From a virus (Duplodnaviria > Caudoviricetes), in the IMG/VR virus record IMGVR_UViG_3300034091_000288, positions 1 to 58,439 of that record: DNA of 58,439 nucleotides; one strand, written 5' to 3'. This document shows, piece after piece, positions 53,541 through 58,439 of this stretch. The notes under the pieces were generated by a model, which worked only from the letters and a program-made list of their open reading frames with translations, did no database searches and was not told where the DNA came from. A program made the translations under genes and the position numbers. How positions within the stretch are numbered: position 1 is the first letter of the stretch; the number at the start of each line of letters is the position of its first letter.

Positions 53541-53881
53541 AAGACAAAGAGAACCCGAAAGACTACCTATACGTGGACATCGTGGAAGCGAAACCCAACC
53601 CGCTGTTCACCGAAGAACAGCGCCAGTCGGTTCGCTTCCTTCGCTATAACCGCTCCATCCCGTGCGCCGAATGCGGCAAGCGGCGGCGCATCATGTGGAC
53701 GTTGCTCGTCAGCTTTCACGCCCAAAGCCTGACGAGTTTCGGTACGCCCTCCGTCATGGGGGCTCACCCGCCCCTCACCCCGGTCTGCGGCGACCATCCC
53801 CTCTCGGCCGCGCCGCTGCCTCCCGAGAAACCCAAACGAAAGGAGAAGCCCCGTGAATCCGACGCTCTACCACGGCTTTGA
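53537..53881 (+). CDS. Hypothetical Zn-binding protein
   Basis: CAECG...VCGDH. Confidence 0.55.
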   Translation: MKDKENPKDYLYVDIVEAKPNPLFTEEQRQSVRFLRYNRSIPCAECGKRRRIMWTLLVSFHAQSLTSFGTPSVMGAHPPLTPVCGDHPLSAAPLPPEKPKRKEKPRESDALPRL

Positions 53882-54092
53882 AATCTGGAGAACCACGGAG
53901 CACTTCTACGCCCACCAGGGCGGCATGTCCAGCCGCCCTTACTATGACTTGGCGTGCCTCTACGCGGACATCGACCAGAAACACGTCAAGCTAACCAGCG
54001 CCGACTGCGCCATGGGCGACCACGCCTCCTGCGACCAGGAGAAGTGCGCGTGCGACTGTCACGCTGCCATCCCCGCCGGGAGGCTCCCATGA
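53853..54092 (+). CDS. Small Cys-rich protein
   Basis: AAGGAG-GTG; CACDCH. Confidence 0.6.
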   Translation: MNPTLYHGFEIWRTTEHFYAHQGGMSSRPYYDLACLYADIDQKHVKLTSADCAMGDHASCDQEKCACDCHAAIPAGRLP

Positions 54093-54574
54093 AAGTCAGA
54101 ACCGAATTTGGTCTCGCGCGCACTGAATGTGCGTGCCCGCACTGCACACAGTTTTGCCTTTTCATGCCGGGCTTCCTCGTCCCGTCTGACTTGGAACGCA
54201 TGGTCCCGGCCGGGGCAGACCCGCTCGCCTGGGCAGAGACGAACCTGCTGGCTTCGCCTGGGGCCCTGGTCATGCAGGGTCGCCATTTATTCCGAATCCC
54301 CACGCTCGTTCCGGCGGTTCGGGCAGACGGCTCTTGCATTAACTTCGACGGCGCTTGCACCATCCATGCCATAGCGCCCTTCGGCTGCGCTTTCCCGTCG
54401 TGCTCGGACCCGCCAGAGTTTGAGGCGGCAGCCGCAGAGGCTTTGCGGACCATCCTGTGCGAACACTCCGATCACGCCACGCTTTACGCACGGGTCTGGA
54501 ACCACCTGTGGGACATCGGCCGACGCCAACTCCCACCGGAAGAGCTACGCAAGCGGGAAAGGACACAACCTTGA
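54089..54574 (+). CDS. YkgJ-like Cys-cluster protein
   Basis: C.CPHC..FC...CINF.GACTIH..APFGC. Confidence 0.65.
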   Translation: MKVRTEFGLARTECACPHCTQFCLFMPGFLVPSDLERMVPAGADPLAWAETNLLASPGALVMQGRHLFRIPTLVPAVRADGSCINFDGACTIHAIAPFGCAFPSCSDPPEFEAAAAEALRTILCEHSDHATLYARVWNHLWDIGRRQLPPEELRKRERTQP

Positions 54575-55065
54575 AAGTCATCTTCCTCGACATCGACGGC
54601 GTGCTGAACAACGCCGCTTGTTTTCTCACCGGACCGGGCGGCCTTCGGGCGAGGCCGGACCCGCTGTGCATCCAGGCCCTCAACCGCATCCTGCGCGCCA
54701 CGCGGGCCAAGATCGTCATCAGCAGCGCGTGGCGGAAGCACCTGACTGAACACCAACTCGCGGCCTTGCTCGCCAAGTGGAAAGTCGCCGGGCGCCTGAT
54801 CGGCACCACGCCCTGGGTCATCTGCGCGCCCCGTGGAGCCGAAATCCGGGCGTGGCTCGAGCAGCATCCGCGCGTCCGCCAGTTCGTCATCCTCGACGAC
54901 GATGCGGACATGGAGGATCTGCACCCCCACCTAGTCCTCACCCGCTTTGCCCGTGGCCTCACCGAAGCCCAGGCGACGCGGGCCATCCAAATCTTAGAAA
55001 GGAGGAACTATGCCCCAAGTCATCGAAATGCACGCGGGGTCCAACGCCGTTTGCGATTTCTGTAG
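54571..55065 (+). CDS. HAD-domain phosphatase (RNA-repair-associated type)
   Basis: KVIFLDIDGVLN, IVISSAWR, RGAEIRAWL, FVILDD. Confidence 0.88.
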   Translation: MKVIFLDIDGVLNNAACFLTGPGGLRARPDPLCIQALNRILRATRAKIVISSAWRKHLTEHQLAALLAKWKVAGRLIGTTPWVICAPRGAEIRAWLEQHPRVRQFVILDDDADMEDLHPHLVLTRFARGLTEAQATRAIQILERRNYAPSHRNARGVQRRLRFL

Positions 55066-55303
55066 GCAGCCGCACCCGGTCAAGTGCTACCGCGCCACGT
55101 CGTTCATCCTGCCCGCCTACCGCTTTATCTCGGAAGGCGATTGGGCCGCTTGCGCTTCCTGCCACAGCCTGCTGCAAGCCGGGAAATACCGGGACCTTGT
55201 GGCCCGGATGGCCAACCCTTACGACTGTCCCGCCGACATCATGAAGGAGTTGCTCGACGCCTTCCTTGCCGCCTGGACGGGCCAAGTCCTGGAAGTCGCC
55301 TAA
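55010..55303 (+). CDS. Zn-binding hypothetical protein
   Basis: CDFC...WAACASC. Confidence 0.7.
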   Translation: MPQVIEMHAGSNAVCDFCRQPHPVKCYRATSFILPAYRFISEGDWAACASCHSLLQAGKYRDLVARMANPYDCPADIMKELLDAFLAAWTGQVLEVA

Positions 55304-55370
55304 CCCGCAACTTCTTGCTTGACAAGCCCAACCGAACCCGTTAAAAAGTAAGCAACCAGAGAGGTTAGCC

Positions 55371-55640
55371 ATGGAAACGACTAAACCCGTGGACCACCCG
55401 GAGATCGGCCGGGAACTGAAAGTCTCGGAGTTGAAACCCCGCACCGTCGTCGTCACGCACGCCGATCACTCGCCGGAATTCTACGCGACGATGTGGGTGC
55501 GGCACATCACCGCGACCTGGGTTCTCCTGGAAGCGAACGTCATCGGCATGGAACTCCTTCTTCTCGTGCAGCCCGACGACACGCTCCAGGATGGCAAAGG
55601 CCACCCCATCCACGTTTACGAGTATCTTGGAAAGGTCTAG
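55371..55640 (+). CDS. Hypothetical protein
   Basis: GAGG-ATG; upstream TTGACA-17-TAAAAA at 55319. Confidence 0.65.
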   Translation: METTKPVDHPEIGRELKVSELKPRTVVVTHADHSPEFYATMWVRHITATWVLLEANVIGMELLLLVQPDDTLQDGKGHPIHVYEYLGKV

Positions 55641-55642
55641 CC

Positions 55643-55906
55643 ATGCAGATCATTACCGTCAAGCTGGTCAAAAATTCGCTCTGCGAGTGCGGGCATCCGT
55701 TGCTCGACGAGAGCATTCCCCTGGGCACCGAGTACCGCGCCGACCGCGACTCCATCCGCCAGGACGGGTGGGGCTTCGTCTGCGGCGGATGCCAGAGAGT
55801 GCATTACAACTTGCGCACCATCGACGTGTCCTCGGCCCTCAACCCTTCCGCTCCCTTGAAACCTTTGCCTGTCGAAATCTTCGACCTGGGAGCGAGCCAC
55901 GCGTAA
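55643..55906 (+). CDS. Small Zn-binding protein
   Basis: CECG...CGGC. Confidence 0.6.
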   Translation: MQIITVKLVKNSLCECGHPLLDESIPLGTEYRADRDSIRQDGWGFVCGGCQRVHYNLRTIDVSSALNPSAPLKPLPVEIFDLGASHA

Positions 55907-55939
55907 CCGCATATCCCAATCCGAAAGGAGAAATTCTTT

Positions 55940-57838
55940 ATGGAGACTCACGATCTCCGTCTTGCTGACATCACCTTAGACAAAGAGAACCCCCGGCAAC
56001 ATGACCGCGAGCGCGGTCTGGACGATCTCGCCGCCAACATCAAGGCCAAGGGCGTCCTCCAGCCCATCCTGGTGCGCCCCCACAAAAACGGCGGCAAGCA
56101 ACCCTACCAACTGGTCTACGGCGAGCGCCGCTACCGCGCCTCGAAGCTGGCCGGTCTGGAAACCATTCCCGCCATCGTGCGGGAAATGACCGACGCCGAA
56201 GCCCTGGAAGCCCGCATCATCGAAAACCTCCAGCGCAACGATGTCCACTTCCTCGACGAAGCCGCCGGATTCCAACGCCTGCTCGACACCGGCCTGACGC
56301 CCCAGGAAGTGTCCGACCGCGTGGGCAAGCCCCCGGTTTACATCCACACCCGGCTGGCCCTGAACAACCTCATCCCCGAATTCCACAAGCCCGCCTACGA
56401 GGGGCTGCTGACGGTCGGCCCGGCCATGCTGCTCGCCCGGCACACGCCGGGAATCCAAAAACGCTTCTTCCAGGATGTGAAGCCGCGTCTCAAGTGGGGC
56501 ATCAGTAGCACCGCCGTGCAGGAATTCGTCGACCGCCAAGCGTTCGTCCCGCTCACCGAGGCTCCCTTCGACACCGCGGACGCGAACCTCGTGCCCAAAG
56601 CCGGAGCCTGCCTCAACTGCCCCAAGCGCACCGGCGCCTCCCCCCTGCTCTTTCCCGACATCAAGGCGAAGGACACCTGCTCGGACCCCGACTGCTTCCA
56701 GTCCAAATGCCTCGCCGTGATCGAAGCCCGCAAGAAGGAATTCCCCAAAGCCATCCAAATCGCCGCCGAACGCGCCGGTTACGGGAAGGCTGACCTCAAA
56801 GACGTGTACTATCTCGACCCCGGATGGAACGACGGCGGCAAACATGCCTACTGGCAGAGAAGCAACCCCGGAGACTGCGACTCCACCCAGGACGCCATCA
56901 TTGTCGTGGGACCGCCGCGCGAGTTGGGCAAGCACACCTACGCCTGCGTCGATGCGAAGTGCCCGGTCCACTTCATCGGCCGACGCTCCGGCCCTCCCCT
57001 CCCGCACAAACCGGGCGTCATCAGCGAAGAGAAGAAGCAACAAGTCGAAGAACTCTGGCAGCGGCGCACCGGCAAAGCCTGCCGGCTCGCTCTCCACGCC
57101 GCCATCCGCGAGCGCCAGGAGCAACTCGCCGCCAAGTCGAAGGAGAACACCGTCGTGCCCCTCGAAGCCTTGCGCGCGGCGGTCCGGAAAGCCTGTGCGT
57201 CCCTGCACCCGAGCCAGGACGGCGCGGAGTACCTTGCCTCCCTCTGGTTCAGCGAGAAAGAGCGCCAGAAAGGCAGCGGGTACCACGGCGAGCGCCTGCT
57301 CCCCTTGATCGACAAAGCCGACCAGCACACCTGCCTGCGCCTGCTGCTGGACTTCGCCATTGCGGAGGAAGTCTCCAGCAAGTACAGCCGCGCGCATGGC
57401 CTGGAAGTCATCCCCGCTGCCTACAAGCTGGACGCCAAAGCCGTCGTCGCGCCCGTCGAGAAAGCGTGGAACGAAAAGAAGGCCGCGAGCTACAAGAAGC
57501 GCGACGAGCGGCTGAAAAAGGAACGGGCGAAGGCGGAGGCGAAAAAAGCGAAAAAAGAAAAAAAGAAGAAGCCCAGCCCTTGGGTAGAGGTCCCTCCAGT
57601 CGAGAAGCCCGAACAGGCCAAGCACGTCCACGCCCTGCACACCGGCAACTGCTGCAAGTTCTGCGGCTGCACCGAAGCCGCCGCCTGCGTCACCGACCAG
57701 GGGCCGTGCTCCTGGCTGGTGAAACCGAGAAAACTCCGGGGCAAGAAGGAATACCGGGCCGGGGTTTGCTCCAACCCGAAGTGCGTCCTCGCCCTCGATC
57801 AAGAAAAGAAGGAGGCCAAGCGTGCCGCCAAAACCTAA
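55940..57838 (+). CDS. ParB/Srx-domain protein with HTH and Cys clusters
   Basis: NPR, GVLQPILVRP, GERRYRA, ENLQRND, HTH, CLNCPKRT. Confidence 0.9.
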   Translation: METHDLRLADITLDKENPRQHDRERGLDDLAANIKAKGVLQPILVRPHKNGGKQPYQLVYGERRYRASKLAGLETIPAIVREMTDAEALEARIIENLQRNDVHFLDEAAGFQRLLDTGLTPQEVSDRVGKPPVYIHTRLALNNLIPEFHKPAYEGLLTVGPAMLLARHTPGIQKRFFQDVKPRLKWGISSTAVQEFVDRQAFVPLTEAPFDTADANLVPKAGACLNCPKRTGASPLLFPDIKAKDTCSDPDCFQSKCLAVIEARKKEFPKAIQIAAERAGYGKADLKDVYYLDPGWNDGGKHAYWQRSNPGDCDSTQDAIIVVGPPRELGKHTYACVDAKCPVHFIGRRSGPPLPHKPGVISEEKKQQVEELWQRRTGKACRLALHAAIRERQEQLAAKSKENTVVPLEALRAAVRKACASLHPSQDGAEYLASLWFSEKERQKGSGYHGERLLPLIDKADQHTCLRLLLDFAIAEEVSSKYSRAHGLEVIPAAYKLDAKAVVAPVEKAWNEKKAASYKKRDERLKKERAKAEAKKAKKEKKKKPSPWVEVPPVEKPEQAKHVHALHTGNCCKFCGCTEAAACVTDQGPCSWLVKPRKLRGKKEYRAGVCSNPKCVLALDQEKKEAKRAAKT

Positions 57839-58010
57839 CATCGTGGGCGACACCGTGCAGTGCGGCCACAAGCACGGCGGCTGTAAGTGCCTCGACAAGG
57901 CCATCGCGCTCTACGAGCGCACGGGCAAGCCCGCTTTCATTGCCACAAACTCAGGGAAGCTGAAAATTGCGCCCAACCCCACGGGCGGGCTCACCCTGAC
58001 CGCGGTCTGA
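57822..58010 (+). CDS. Hypothetical protein
   Basis: AAGGAGG-GTG. Confidence 0.6.
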   Translation: MPPKPNIVGDTVQCGHKHGGCKCLDKAIALYERTGKPAFIATNSGKLKIAPNPTGGLTLTAV

Positions 58011-58137
58011 GCAAGTTTCGGCGGCAAGTGAACGGGGCGTGGTCAGAGACTCGTTTCACGCCTAGCAACGCCGCGTCCGGCCAGACAGAAGGAGCGCTGG
58101 CAGCCGCCGATCACCATGCGACTTGAGGAGGTTGAAT

Positions 58138-58347
58138 ATGGCGAACCGACTTAATCTCGACCTGACAGGGAAACGGGTGGTGCTCGTGGGCCCCGGTCCT
58201 GAGAAAGACCGAACGGTTCTTTGTCAGGGAGGCTTCGGATGCCAGTCGTTTACGATGGGCACAAAAATCTATGGTGTCGATGCGCGCGGAGAGACGGTTT
58301 CCTTCCGAGGCGACGACGTAGAAAAACTTGCTGAGGAGGGATCGTGA
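58138..58347 (+). CDS. Phage hypothetical protein
   Basis: GAGGAGG-ATG; CQGGFGC. Confidence 0.7.
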   Translation: MANRLNLDLTGKRVVLVGPGPEKDRTVLCQGGFGCQSFTMGTKIYGVDARGETVSFRGDDVEKLAEEGS

Positions 58348-58439
58348 AAAAGCCAACCCGCAACACCCCCGTCCCGGCCCGCGCGAAGAAGTATCGCGGG
58401 TTCAAGAACACCCGGCGCATCGTCGTGCCGAGAAAGGTC

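Overview
GC-rich tailed-phage genome segment, truncated at both ends, with two divergent arms. The minus-strand arm (1-38.1 kb) holds a GTA-like tail tip, tape measure, frameshifted tail chaperone, two paralogous tail tube genes, head-tail genes, three decoration proteins, capsid, protease/scaffold, a head-associated enzyme cluster (Nudix-ART, kinase-nuclease, multidomain MuF-kinase), portal, tRNA-Thr, a lambda-O-like initiator with iterons, a Mu-type terminase and a PAPS-reductase-like module. The plus-strand arm (38.2-58.4 kb) holds a clamp-loader-like ATPase, beta clamp, an RHH regulator, a long noncoding region, then AAA module, Ku, ATP-dependent ligase, ParB-like and many small Cys-rich genes. 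No integrase or endolysin was recognised. The best novelty candidate is 40.75-41.52 kb: a predicted ~750-nt structured RNA behind a strong promoter and rrn-type boxA. It carries four hairpins with unrelated stems but the same cap, N-TAGCC-T-N1-2-ATGGTA. The same TAGCC pentamer sits in 11-bp-phased arrays at the early promoters, suggesting an RNA that mimics the phage repressor's DNA operator. Family calls come from motif recognition by eye; no database search or folding program was run.
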